From Octopus bimaculoides (Eukaryota): DNA of 64,000 nt. The notes under the pieces are model-generated. The model had not been told where the DNA came from, did not search any database, and was given only the letters and a program-made list of their open reading frames with translations. The translations under genes were made by a program, and so were the position numbers. Where the stretch lies: the NCBI RefSeq assembly GCF_001194135.2, contig NC_068985.1:81200233-81264232 (forward strand), given 5' to 3'. This document shows positions 1 to 13,170 of this stretch, piece after piece. Positions within the stretch are counted from its first letter, which is position 1, and every line of letters starts with the position of its first letter.

Positions 1-500
1 AAGTATTTCATATTAATTCATTTGGTACTTATTGTTGGTTGAGATATATATCTAATTATTGTTCTACTTACGATCTGACGAGTAGCGATATTTTTGAATA
101 GAACTTATTTTCGATAATTTCAATTGATTTTAATCGATTTAAATTTCTTTTTCTATTTGAAAATTGGTTATGAAACACGTGTAATCTTTTTATTATATTT
201 ATCTTATGATATTTACTTTACTTTATATTATACTCATTTATTGTGCTTTTAATTATAAATTTTTCTATATGTGATAGTGGATTTTCATCGATGAGTTCTT
301 GAAAATTGGTTATTTTCCCTAAAACTATATATTATATATATATATATATATTTCTCTCTCTGTTCTTTTTCATTCTCTCTCCTTCGATTTCTTCTTAATC
401 CTTTCTGTTGAAAAGTGTAGGCTCAAAATGTAAAAGACTTTTCCAGTCTTCCTGAATCTTAAACTAATACATCTGCTTGATGTTCCTACACCTGTTAATT
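1..500 (+). mobile_element. Penelope-like element (PLE) terminal-repeat remnant
   Basis: Contains a decayed hammerhead-like motif at 401-436 of the kind found in PLE pseudo-LTRs. Boundaries approximate. Confidence 0.4.
401..436 (+). ncRNA. Decayed minimal type I hammerhead ribozyme motif
   Basis: CTTT-CTGTTGA-A-AAG tgtagg CTC-AAAA-TG-T-A-AAAG. Stem I CTTT/AAAG; GAAA and CG read as CpG-decayed to AAAA and TG. Confidence 0.45.
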
Positions 501-542
501 TGAACTATATGTATAAGTTTATATATTAGGTATACACATAAT

Positions 543-692
543 GGAGGTACCTGGCTTAGTGGTTAGGATGTTGGGCTCATGATCATAAAACTGTGGTTTA
601 ATTCATACACTGGGCAATGCATTTTGTTCTGGAGCAAAACACTTCATTTTTTATTGCTCCTTTAAATTCAGCTGGCAAACTTAAGTATTTTT
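543..692 (+). mobile_element. tRNA-headed SINE (family A), 3' truncated
   Basis: A-box-like TGGCTTAGTGG, then ttctggagcaaaacacttcatttt..ttgctcc..ttcagctggc, shared with copies at 4719, 27727 and 42895. Confidence 0.7.
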
Positions 693-743
693 GTGATATA
701 TAGTTGTGTGTGTGTGTATGTGTGTAAATATATGTGTGTGTGC

Positions 744-750
<7 letters not shown>

Positions 751-832
<82 letters not shown>

Positions 833-855
833 CATATACATATATATATATATAT
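751..855. repeat. (TA)n microsatellite
   Basis: Direct reading; preceded by a TG-rich tract. Confidence 0.97.
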
Positions 856-1260
856 AATCAAAATAAGCAACAAGGATATCCAAAGTTAATGCAGTATGAT
901 CATTTCATGTGACTTCATTTATTTAAGCAATGAGAACATTACATCAAATGTAAAATGCAGAGCAATCCTCAGCTGCACAAAGATATAGAAATTTACTGAA
1001 ATTACATTTCAACAGAAATGTATGGTCTGGCTAAGTCAAAATGGTTTTTTGTATTCTTCCTTTCTATTTGAAGAGTTTAAATGTAGTTATAAAATATATC
1101 CTTCTGTTAAAATGTAATTTCAGTAAATTTCTATATCTTTGTGCAGTTGAGGATTGCTTTGCAGTTTACATTTGATGTAACGTTCACATTGTTTAAATAA
1201 ATGGAACATGAAACGATCGTACTGCATTAACTTTGGATATCCTTGTTGCTTGTTTTGATT
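856..1260. mobile_element. Foldback/MITE-like element with ~165-bp inverted arms
   Basis: 856-1023 is the reverse complement of 1095-1260 (about 90% identical by eye), with a ~70-bp spacer. Confidence 0.85.
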
Positions 1261-1659
1261 TTAATCACTGTATTTTGAAATTGTATGGTTGATACCATAC
1301 TTAATTCTGGTGCCTAAACTTAAGTACCATATTCACCTTAAATCTAAATTTTATATATATACAGATAAAAGTAATGATGTAGAAACCTGTTTTGCTTTGG
1401 ATCCCTCTGTAATACACTACAACCCATCTTTTGCTCCTCATCTCCTTGTATAAAGTTGTTCCCCACCCTGGACTTTGTAGTCTTGCAGACTGCAAGACAA
1501 TCTCACTGATATTGGTGGCACAAAAAAAAAGTACCCAGTACATACTGCTATGTGGTCAGCATTAGAAAGAGCAAGCAGGCTTAGAATCCATCCCAAAGCA
1601 GACATTGAAGCATGATACTGTCATTTGGCCCATTGTACCTATGTATTTATGCATGCATG

Positions 1660-1661
1660 TT

Positions 1662-1693
<32 letters not shown>

Positions 1694-1750
1694 TGTATGT
1701 ATGTATGTATGTATGTATGTTCCCCACCTGTCTGTCTGTCTGTCTGTCTC
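1660..1750. repeat. (ATGT)n followed by (TGTC)n microsatellite
   Basis: Direct reading. Confidence 0.95.
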
Positions 1751-4718
1751 TCTGTGTGTCTCTCTCTATATATATGATATTGACTGTAATGTGCTAAGAT
1801 TTTTAATTAATGAAAGTCACATCCTCAACCGCAGTGATGAGAAGAAAATCATTATCTTAATGATTAATTCTGGTCAAGAATTGCAGGGGAGACTATTCAA
1901 TAACTGAAATATAGTATACAGTGCTGATTTTGACAGTACTGTATTCTAATGAAATATAGAATACAACACTGATTTTAACAATATGGTAACAACTCCAGAC
2001 ATGTTTCAATTCTATTAAACCCTATCAGCAAAGCATAGGCTTACTATGCTTCCAGATCTTAAATGACTAGAGAGGTTATAGGCTGTTTATTTATGTGCAT
2101 TGAATATTGTGGTACCTTGAAATTATGACTGAAGAAAAATAGTCAGTGATGAAAAAATATATAAGAAAATAGGCATTGGCATAGAATAGTGAACCAAATA
2201 ATTTTAATTAAAACTAATTAAGAAAATCATTAAGGATGAGAAAAACGTAACTTAACTAATCTGGTGATGAAATGCAAGGGAGACTATTCCATAATTTAAA
2301 TTGCTTTCAATTAATTTACAGTCAGATGTTGTGGGGGCAGAAGTGTTTGATTTTTGGTAATACAGAGACAACTATGGACTTAGTGTTTCAAAATCATTTA
2401 AATAATCCTTGAATTCTGATAAAACTGCTTTTTGTGACTCTTTCTGAAGCTATATATTTTCAATTTAATTTTGAATTCTACTGAACTCAGACAGGTAATA
2501 CTTGAGCTGTCAAATATTAGTATTAAACCTAAATATTCTTATATAGCAGATTCTGTTAAGTGATAACAGGCTTTTACTTTTCATGAAATTTTAAGGCTAA
2601 CCATTCTTTAGCCTTTGAATCTGAGATTAAATCAGTCAAAGACAGACTTACTTCAACATGAAATTAGCATTCTAATGTTAACGTACCATTTTCAGATACC
2701 AGCAATTGTTTAATGAAATATAATTTGAAGAGCAGCATTTTTCTGCAAAATTTAATAGTAAAAATTTAAATCCAATTAGATAAATCCAATTTCTCTACCT
2801 TAAGATAACAAAGTAAAGAATATTGTGAAACAGAATGAAATTTTTAAAATGCAAAGAAAAACCCTCAATAATCTGAAAACAATCTATATAAAGGTGGTGG
2901 TGGTGCGGTTCTTTTTCAGTCTTTCTTCTAAGATGGATGCAGCAAATAAAGCCAACTTAAATATAATTTCACTTTGTATTTCTTAGAGATTTAGATGACA
3001 AATGCCTTTCAGCGATAACGTTGTTTTTGATTAGGCTAGAAAATTTACTTTTCTCTTATCTAAATGAATATAAGGAAATATCTTTTCCAAATCCATTCTT
3101 TATATACACTAATGAAATTTGTACTGGTTCTCTATGTATTTATTCTATAAAATTCTAGTTTATTTAAAACAACAGATACTTATGAGATTTGATTAGAGCT
3201 GAATTCATATATTTATGCATGTGTACATGTATAAACATTCAGATTGTTATGAAAGAATGAATACATAGGAAAGCTTTCATTCTTTCTATAGTAGAACGTA
3301 CATAACTAAACAAAAGCATCATCGTCTACACCTATAATCACTACACTCACTTAACAAAACAGTGTACATGGCTATAAAAAGAGATAGATTTACTGCAGAC
3401 ACTACTCCCATAGGGTTTGAAATTATATAATCTAAACGCACTATATGATGTTTGTCCAGTGATTCAGACGATGATAAACAATTACATTTCCCTCTGGACT
3501 TTATGCAGAGTTACCCAAAGAATAGCAATGCTTTGGAAATAGTGTAAGAAATAATAACATTATATACTCTTGTGGTTTATACAGAAGATGAAGGTATTGA
3601 ATTATGGTGCCATGCCTTGTGATGACTAAAGTCACAACTACCTGAAACATCAAGTTTTTCAACAATAATATAAAGATATTCAGCCAATAAAGTCTCTATG
3701 AAAGTATCTTGAATATCATCTTGCCCCAAAGTGTGAAAATCTTCAAATCACTATTGACTATGAAAAACAAAAATCAAAAACAAAAAAACAAAAAACAACA
3801 AAAAAAGGAAACAAGTCATATTACCAAAAGTGGTGGTAGTAGTAGTAGTAGTAATAGTAGTAAACTAACAAAAGATGTGAAAGCTACATCGGAAATAATA
3901 GAAGATTGATTTTGATTTGTATTTATTGATGGATAAAATGACAATTTACTTACTTGAAGAAAATTCTATAAAGATATTTTGGAAACTTTTCTGAAAGTAT
4001 GTCTCTAATAACTATGTCAATAGTGAAACATCTTGTATCAACAAAGTTGAGATTTAGATTGTATTCTCAAGAATTATTAGGATATAGCAAACGAAAAGAA
4101 TTACAAAGAACTATCACAATTATCATGGTGCTTGTAATGTTTCATATTTTCTGGAAATCAGAATTCCATAAAGAAATGTTTATCAAGGAACTATATCCCA
4201 ATTATAGAAATCTTTTTCTTGTTATTTTGCATTGTGACTAAAAATAAGCTTAAATAATCTTAAATATATTTAATTTTTTTTAATTGAACTTTACAATAAC
4301 TTAAATAATCTTAAATCCATAACAAATATTTCATGGGAATAAACTTTTAAAAAATCTTAATTCATGATAACTACATAAAAAAGGAATTAAGAATATAATT
4401 AAAATGTGTTGAAACTATAATGTTAATCCTTTTCATAATCCTAAGATTCTTTATGGCCAGCACTTCTTTTTGATTACCATAATTTTAAAGTGGACGAGAC
4501 AAAAATTTTCCTTTTTTTTTTCCATTTCAACTGAGCATTTTCAAGCCATTGGTATTCTCATTGATGCCCCAACTGCCTACAGCAGTAAACTACATAGTAT
4601 ACACTGTACTTATATATCAGTCATTGAGAGGAACTTAGGCCATAGATATAGTTACTTAATGTCATGGTGAAAGGATATAAAACCCTTATCTTTATCCCTT
4701 TCTTTATTCACCATCCAG

Positions 4719-5001
4719 TGAAGGTGCATGGCTCAGTGGTTAGAGTGTCGAGCTTACGATCGTGAGGTTGTGAGTTTGAATCCTGGACCGAGCTGCGTGT
4801 TGTGTTCTTGAGCAAGACACTTTATTTTACATTGCTCCAGTTCACTCAGCTGTAGAAATGAGTTGCGACGTCACTGGTGCAAAGCTGTATCGGCCCCTTT
4901 GCCTTTTCCTTGAATAACATCGGTGGTGTGGAGAGAAGAGACTGGTATGCATGGGCGACTGCTGGTCTTCCATAAACAACCTTGCCCAGACTTGTGCCTG
5001 G
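4719..5001 (+). mobile_element. tRNA-headed SINE (family A), near full length
   Basis: A box TGGCTCAGTGG 4729-4739; B box GAGTTTGAATCC 4772-4783; body gtgttcttgagcaagacact...cttccataaacaaccttgcccagacttgtgcc is shared with the copy at 6961-7272. Confidence 0.85.
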
Positions 5002-6267
5002 GTCTCAGCATTCACCATCTAAGCTCTCAACATGAAATATTCCTTATTTAATATCATTTTCTCTGATTAAAAGAAGTTTCACTTTTCTAAAGAGTACTAA
5101 ATGTATTCTTAGAGTATTAACTGCTTTGTTATATTTCTGTTGAGATACTCTGCTTTTACTTCAATTAATTTATTTTTAAAATGATGAAGAATTTAGTACA
5201 ATAACTTTATCATTATTAATTGATGTTTGGATCATAAATTAACACTAAATTCCAGTGGAAGATTTTAATTCAGAACTCTTGAAAACTACATGTTTTTGCC
5301 ATAGAACCAAGGGCAGTCTCAGGTGGGTTGATATAAAAAGGGTTCAGAATGTTGGTAGGTGTTATGATCAAGCTTCAACTTGAAATGAAAGCTGGTTCAT
5401 ACTTTTTACTCTGGCAGGAGTTTTTATTTGTTCAAAAGTACTTGCTTAATCTGGTTCATTATGGATTCCTTTTGGCTATGCACAAGGCTAGCTTTTATAA
5501 AAAGATGATATATTTGATGATGTCTTGTTCTGAAACTGAAGTCAGACTAGAGATAACTTACATTATCCTCCATGATGAAACAATATTGATGTCTTACATC
5601 GGTATGAGACAATTAAATTCATAGTAGATAGTTACAGTTGAATGAATTGATTATGGTGCATGATTGGTAAATATTGTATTGACTGCTAAGGAGATGAGAT
5701 GCAAATGAAACCACTGCAAGATTGGAAAGGAAAATGTTTAAAAAATCACAACTAAATACTGTTATGTTAGGTGATGAGTTATTGTTTGAGAAAGGTTAAC
5801 TGGATGTATAAAATGGAGCTAATGTAATATCAGTAAAGCCATAGAAGAAAGTAAAAGTGAATATAGCCAAACAGGGAATTAGTAGAAAAAAAAGTGTGCT
5901 TACTTCAGTTTTCTCCAACCTTTGCTCAACCTCTGCAATTAATGCCGGTTTCACTACCTTACATCATCACCATCTGTAGCTACAACTTAGCTAACTGCTA
6001 AAGTATGGGCAATGCATAATTAACAATCAACCTGTGAACAATAACATTTTTTCTATTGACCAACAGAAACACTCCTAACACTCTTCATAACTTTGGTTAG
6101 ATATCGTGTTTGACATATTATCTGAGAGCAATTGTTCATGAGAATCAGATAATAGATATCTGTGAGAAATGTTCAAAGGAAAGTTTATTAATTGACTTGC
6201 AAATTTAAGGAGTCTGTCATGTGAAACTATCCTTGAATTGACTTTGATGCTACTAACAGGAGGGATG

Positions 6268-6369
<102 letters not shown>

Positions 6370-6960
6370 GTAAGTGTAAGATAATAACAAAATCATTCAG
6401 CATCCACTAAGGCTATCTTGTAACACTCTTCTAATATGCAGAAGATTGTACATTTTGAATAAAGAAGCATTTACAAGAGTTGCTTACCACTCAGCTGTAA
6501 GAATCTGAAGAATTTAAAGTAAATTATTTCCCAAGATTGTAGTTCTGTGTTCAAGATACTCTGTTAGTTAGGGTTATAGAAGGAATGTTCACATTAGTCC
6601 TATTGAAATCAACCCAACAACCTCTATATCACAGTGAAGTACACTTCAAAATACTCTGTGACTTACAGCTACAATATGAATGTTTAAGCAATGACCCTAT
6701 TAACTAAACCTCCTCAGTTATAGTTGGAACTCCATCTAAAAACAGAATTTTTTTTGCTTGACTGTAAAACAAACATTATGAATAAAAATTGTCAACAAAA
6801 TTGCCAAAGTAATAGAAGTACAATAAAGTTGTTTTCCAGATATTTATTTTATCAATTCTGGATAGATATGAAAGCCATAAACCACCCAACTAATATTTGA
6901 ACACTAAAATGTAGAGGAATGAAAGTAAATATGTGATACAAAGTATTAAAGTTACTCAGT

Positions 6961-7272
6961 CATGAATGACCATGGGATTGCATCTAGAAAGTTCCCCTCC
7001 AAGGCACAAGTCTGGGCCAGGTTGTTTATGGAAGACCAGTAGTCATCCATGTATACTAGCCTCCCCTCTCGACACCAACAGTGTTATTCAAAGGAAAGAC
7101 AATGGCAGCTTGGCACCAACGATGTTGCAACTCATTTCTGCAGCCGAATGAATTGGAACAATGTAAAATAGAGTGTCTTGCTCAAGAACACAAAACACCA
7201 TGGGTGGGAATCGAACTCAGTACTCCATGATTGTGTGTCTGATGCTTTAACCACTGAGCCATGCACCTTCAC
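6961..7272 (-). mobile_element. tRNA-headed SINE (family A)
   Basis: Reverse complement begins gtgaaggtgcatggctcagtggtt, identical to the start of the 4719 copy, and aligns over about 280 bp. Confidence 0.85.
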
Positions 7273-7346
7273 TGCATTATCATATGGTATTGCAAAATCT
7301 ATGATTTTACACTATTTCTCTATAGTCATATCTGGTATCCTTTTTT

Positions 7347-7926
7347 TCATTATCATCATCATCATCATTATTATTATTATTGAGTGAGAGAGCAGTGCAT
7401 GCCATCAAAGTAACACTGAGGTAAAATATACGAAGCCCATTATACCCATCATGACTGCCTGTCTGACAAGGGTACACCAGGCACATGCATCATAACCATA
7501 TGTGTGTGACATGGTGATCTCATATTAAGATAAACATCGCATGACCTTGTAGGTGGGGACCAGTTAGAATTTTCTTCTGGTCGAGCAGCCCATCCCACTC
7601 AAAAGGTCCCTGAATAAGGGTTGTTTGAGGATGTTGAATGAAACATCCATGTTTCCAGAGGTGAGTTATTCAAACCCCAAAGAATTCCTCTCAACACATG
7701 GCTATGATGCTCCCCCACTACTTCTGCTCATGATCAGAGATGCACATATCATCAGCCACCAAGGGACATGCTCAACTGGTTAAGGTCAAACAACTGACAA
7801 GCAAATCTGTGGTATTAAGCAGAATATTTGTTGTAGTCCATCTTTTATACCAAGACAAAATAATGTACATGATAACACTTCCAATCAGTGAAGATCAGAA
7901 GCCATGAGAGCCACTGCCTGGTACTG
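7347..7926 (-). mobile_element. ~550-bp non-coding interspersed retro-repeat with a simple-repeat tail
   Basis: Higher-GC block bounded by (ATC/ATT)n at 7347-7380 and (TTA)n at 7927; no ORF. Family not identified. Confidence 0.45.
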
Positions 7927-7935
7927 CATCTAGGC

Positions 7936-7983
<48 letters not shown>

Positions 7984-8040
7984 CATTATTATTATCATTA
8001 TTATTATTATTGTCATTATTATTATTATTATTATCATTGT
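7927..8040. repeat. (TTA)n microsatellite
   Basis: Direct reading. Confidence 0.97.
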
Positions 8041-9696
8041 AATTGTGGCGTGCTTGTCTTATACCAAAATAAGAAAGGCTTATTATTATTATTTTAGGCA
8101 TTTTCTTTGTTATATTTTTCATTGTTATCAACTATTTACATGACACTTTAAGTAACCCCACTCTGTCCATCATGCTTTGTAATGTCCAATCTTATTTTTG
8201 TCGGCCCTTGTGGCTAATAAAGAAGCGTTTATTATTATTATTGTTTTCAAATTCTGCTGAAGTCACCTTTGCTGTTCATCCCTTTAGGGTCAATAAAATA
8301 CATACCAGTTGTGTATTAGGGTTAGTGTAAGTGACTTGATAGCCTCGTGCCAAAATTTGAAGCTATTATTATTACTGTTGTTATTATTAGATCACTTTAA
8401 ACATGGATTAATGACTACATATAGTGGTGAAATCACTATGTGAATAAGATATTGAACTCTCAGTGTATGTAACATATAATAATGTCTGCTGCTAGTGGTA
8501 ACATGACTTGCAATTTAATTACAAGTGTTTTGGGGTACACAGATGTGGAACAATTGTGCATCTTATATTGATGATAGTACAGTTTCCTCACCAAAGCCTC
8601 ACCTGCTTTGTGTTACTGAATTCCAAATAAAGCACACTAGTTCATAGAAATCTGTATTGCTGAAGTGAAAGTAAATTAATATTTGAAATACCATAATTTT
8701 TCACATTCAGTACTTGAGAAGAACTTGTGATGACATTTAGACAGAAATTGTTATGAAGTTTATTGTAAACATAACGAAGAATGAAGAGATTAAAATTGGA
8801 GATATTAAGCAAAATTTAAGGCTGGGTGGTAATAGTGGTGGTCGTAAGCATTTGGTTCTAAATGAAAATTCTGTTTACAGCTCAGAACTTGTTACTGTTC
8901 TCACATCCAGAAACTGATCTGTTACACCTATGAGTTAATCCTACTACACTTTCTTTAATTTTTTTTTAGTTAGACAAGCATTTTTCTTCCTTTTTTATTT
9001 AGTGGGGTCCATCTATATACCTTATTTTTTTAATATTATTACTTGCTGTTTTATTTTAGAGTTCTCATCTCCTAAATTAGTTCCACGATATCAGCAGCCT
9101 CTAGTGCTTATGGCAAGTTTTAAGCCTTACATTAGTAATATTCTTCTTTACAAGATTTTTTCCCCCTGTGCAGTTTTTATCTTTGTGCATGATTTCATTT
9201 CTATTTATTTCACTACCTCTAACCTAGCCCAAGAAGAAGAAAAAACGATGATTCTGAATCCCCCACCACCCTATACACATTTATTTTTGTCTATTTTTAC
9301 TAAAACATCTGCAATGCTTTCTCTAAAAAAATTTCCCCCTTAGTCTATTTATCCATTCTCTTCTCTAGTCCCTTTTCTGCCATGTTCCACTGACATCATG
9401 TCATTTTCTACCTCTTACTACTGGTTTTTGTTTTTTCAAATCGATGTTTTCTTCAGTTTTATTTAATATTCACCTTTTTCTATATATTTATATGATAAAA
9501 CAATATGTATTTTTTTTAAATCTCTGCTTTTTGTTGTAAATATTTCCCCATTTTTCTGAATTTCTTTTCTACTCTAAATGTAAAACTATCCCATTCACAA
9601 TTTAGGGGAATATACTTATAGATAAATAAATACATAGAGTACAATTCTCCATAACTGGTCATAAATTTAGGCTTGGTTTATTTTAAAATATATGAT

Positions 9697-10075
9697 ATTC
9701 TTTTATTTGTTTCACTCATTTGACTGCAGTCATGCTGGAGCATCATCTTGAAGTGTTTTTGACAAACAATTTGATACCAGAACTTATTCCATTAGTTTCT
9801 TTGCCAAACTGCTAAGTTACAGAGATGCAAACATATCAACACTGGTTGTCAAGCGATGATGGAGGGGGGGGGGGCAAACACAGACACAGACCCACACACA
9901 CACACACACACACTAGGCTTCTTTCATTTTCCTTCTACCAAATCCATTCACAAGGCTTTGGTCAGCCCAAGGCTATAGTAGTAGACACTTTCCCAAGGTA
10001 CCACACAGTGGGACTGAATCCAGAACCATGTGGTTAGGAAGCAAGCTTCTTACCACATAGCCATACCTGCACCTG
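9697..10075 (-). mobile_element. tRNA-headed SINE (family B) with internal microsatellite
   Basis: Reverse complement matches the 12738 and 36794 copies (ggctgtgtggtaag..cccactg..accttgg..ctactatagcc..aaagccttgtga.tggatttggtag). Confidence 0.85.
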
Positions 10076-10244
10076 TAATTTAAAATCTTTTTTATACTTT
10101 TCACAGATTTACATCTATACTATAGAATGAGCTTTGTCTCTCTTTCCACAGAAACTATATTTATTTCTTTTATAAGAAAGGATTATTTAAGTATTGACTT
10201 GTCTCCAGCTCACTATACTTGATAACACATGGAAAATACTCAAT

Positions 10245-10439
10245 TTAACCCTTTAGCATTCACATTAATCTGCTGTAATGCTTATTTATTCACATTGTTT
10301 TGAATTAATCCTGAATTATTTCATAGCTGCAAGATTTTGATGTTGTGACTTTTTTTAGAAGCTAAATCTGGCCTGCTTGAACATAAAACAAGTAGAATAT
10401 GTGGGCCTGATATGGCCGGGTTAAATGCTAAAGGGTTAA
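10245..10439. mobile_element. piggyBac-type MITE
   Basis: TTAA-CCCTTTAGCATT ... AATGCTAAAGGG-TTAA: perfect 12-bp TIRs and TTAA target duplication. Confidence 0.85.
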
Positions 10440-10859
10440 TACAAGAAATATTGTCATTGTCAGCAGCATATCATCATCATGACAATCACTAACATGTATT
10501 CTTTATTTCAAAGATCACACATTTTTATGAATTATTTTAATATATTAGTTTCAATTTACTTGATATTATGATGTTATTTCCTTCGTCTGATGAGTAGAAA
10601 AATGCATTTTGACATGACCTCTCTCTCTCTCTCTCTCATTACTATGCTCTTATAACTTGTCACCATCATTTTTATCTTCTTTCCAGCTACTCCCACCTAC
10701 CCTTATACAATGGTGGGTAGCCATGTATCTTCTTGATAGTAAGACTCCGGTACCTGCCCTATCCTATCATGCTTTAGTCTCCCACCACCAGCATAAAACC
10801 TCTTCCCTCTCTGCTGAAATCCCACTTTGAGTTTTTATCTTTGTCTTGCAAGTTACTTG

Positions 10860-11045
10860 ATGACTTCACTAGTGCTAGTGTCACGAAAAAGCACCCAGTA
10901 TGCTCAGTAAAATGGTTGGTATTTGAAAAGGTATCCAACTGAAAGTACCATGCCAAAACAGACACTGGAGCTCAACACCTTCCTCTGCCTTGTTTCATCT
11001 TATCCAACTGCCCAACTCATGCCTACGTAAAAGACAGATGCTGAA
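10860..11045 (+). mobile_element. RTE LINE 3'UTR-derived repeat fragment
   Basis: aaaagcacccagta..tggttggtatt.gaaaaggtatccaactg..cccaactcatgcc; same module as 48830-49105, 50850-51140 and 63165-63380. Confidence 0.6.
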
Positions 11046-11066
11046 TAATAATCTCTCTCTTTCTAA

Positions 11067-11088
11067 CACACACACACACACACACATG

Positions 11089-11140
<52 letters not shown>
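11067..11140. repeat. (CA)n microsatellite
   Basis: Direct reading. Confidence 0.95.
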
Positions 11141-11144
<4 letters not shown>

Positions 11145-12420
11145 GTCAAAGTATTAACTGAACTTTAACTTATCAGAAATATGTGCTTGCACACATTCAT
11201 GTTTATGCATGTGTATGTGTGTTAGTGTTTATTACTGAGTATGTGTGTTTGTATGTGTGAATATATGTTCATATATATATTTCTATACACATACACTCAT
11301 ACATGCATACATACAATGCATACATGCAAAGGGGAGAGAGAGAGAGAGAGAGAGAGAGGAGACATTTGTTATATATGCATGACTGAAGGGAAATTTAAGC
11401 AAAGATTTTATAATCAGTCATCTGCTATAAGATATATAGATGAAAAGATCACAACAGAATTGGCCACCTTTTTCTTATTATCTTGGAAAAAGCACAGAAA
11501 GAATGTGTTTACAGTCTGATGTCTCTCTCTTAGCTTTGCATTCTAAGATTTAAGATGATTTCAGTCTTCAGATTCATACTGTGTTGAACAGAAAAAATGT
11601 ATTGTCTTGTCTATGACACGCTGTGAAAAGCAGAACTCTGCAAATTAAGCTAGCCACTACAGTGATAGACTAATTTATGACTGCTTTCTATAGCAGCAAA
11701 ATATTTCTCTGCAATTGATTGAGAAAAGGCACTGGGTGCATTTCTGAAGCATGGTCAGTAAAATGTGAAATGGTCTTTCTGGAGATTCCAACTTTTGTAA
11801 CACATATCAAAAACATCAAGAAGTGTTTTTACATTCTAATATTTCTCCAACAGCTAGAATTTCTAACATTTAAATTTCTTTTAGTCCTTTCTATTCATAA
11901 TAAGTTGTATATAAAAATATATATTGTTTAATTAATAATATCATCAAAGCAAAAATATATAAATTAAGCTATTCCCTATGGTGACAGCCTACTTTATGAT
12001 TGTTTTATATATCAGTTAAAAATTCTATAATATTGATTGGGAAGGGAAACCAAATATGAACTAAATATGATAAGTGACAAGGATTGCATCTCTATTATTA
12101 ATCCAATAAATTTGTAAGAATTATGTATTTTTGATCATTTGACAATGGAATTGGTTTATATAATTTGCATTACATATCTGACAATCATTCTTTGTCAATA
12201 ATATACCTAACGTCCATCCTGGAATTCCTGGAAATTTTACAACAATGTTTGCTAAGTATTGCATTGGTGAAACCTGATAGCCATAATTGGTGAACATGCT
12301 CCACAGATACATGACCTGGGACTTACCCTGAAATAAGGTTTTGATACTGTGGTTGACATGTATTTTCTTAACCTTGATTTTTTCAACCTTATATTTAACT
12401 TATATATGTATGTATACATA

Positions 12421-12467
<47 letters not shown>

Positions 12468-12469
12468 CT

Positions 12470-12720
12470 TCTATCTTTTATTTGTTTCAGTCATTGGACT
12501 GCAGCTATGCTGGGGCACCAACTTGAAACTTTAGTCAAATGAATCAACCCAGTACTTATTTTTTAAACCTAGTACTTATTCTATTAGTTTCTTTTACCAT
12601 GATTGCTCAGTTACGAAGATGCAAACACACAAACATTGGTTGTCTAGCAGTGTTGGCGGATGGGTGGACAAACGCAGACAGAAAGACACACACACAGAGA
12701 TAGATAGATATACATACATA
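12470..12720 (-). mobile_element. SINE family B, 3' half
   Basis: tttgtttcagtcattggactgcagctatgctggggcacc...ggttgtctagc is the reverse complement of the family B tail. Confidence 0.75.
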
Positions 12721-12737
12721 TTCTATAATATTGATTT

Positions 12738-12902
12738 GGAGTGGCTGTGTGGTAAGTAGCTTGCTTACCAACCACACGGTTCCAGGTTCATTCCCACTGT
12801 GTTGCACCTTCGGCAAGTGTCTTCTACTATAGCCTTGGGCCGACCAAAGCCTTGTGAGTGGATTTGGTAGATGGAAACTGAAAGAAGCCCGTCGTATATA
12901 TG

Positions 12903-12963
<61 letters not shown>

Positions 12964-13170
12964 ATATGTTTGAGTGTCTGTGTTTGTCCCCCCAACATCG
13001 CTTGACAACCGATGGTGGTGTGTTTACGCCCCCATAACTTAGTGGTTCAACAAAAGAGACTGATAGAATAAGTACTAGGCATACAAAGAATAAGTCCTAG
13101 GGTCGATTTGCTCGACTAAAGGCAGTACTCCAGCATGGCCACAGTCAAATGACAGAAACAAGTAAAAGAG
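12738..13170 (+). mobile_element. SINE family B, full length
   Basis: tRNA-like head ggagtggctgtgtggtaag..ggttcattccc; CORE-like caccttcggcaagtg; internal (TA)n; tail ending cagcatggccacagtcaaatgacagaaacaagtaaaagag. Confidence 0.9.

Noticed and set aside
3580-4260. Coding-like composition with broken frames
   Set aside because: Probably a very old TE remnant, but no diagnostic motif could be assigned.
4719-4790. tRNA-like A/B boxes here and at other SINE heads
   Set aside because: They run into SINE bodies and lack a complete cloverleaf, so they are not tRNA genes.
10584-10610. CTGATGAG motif (also near 29384)
   Set aside because: No stem II or stem I complementarity, so not a hammerhead.
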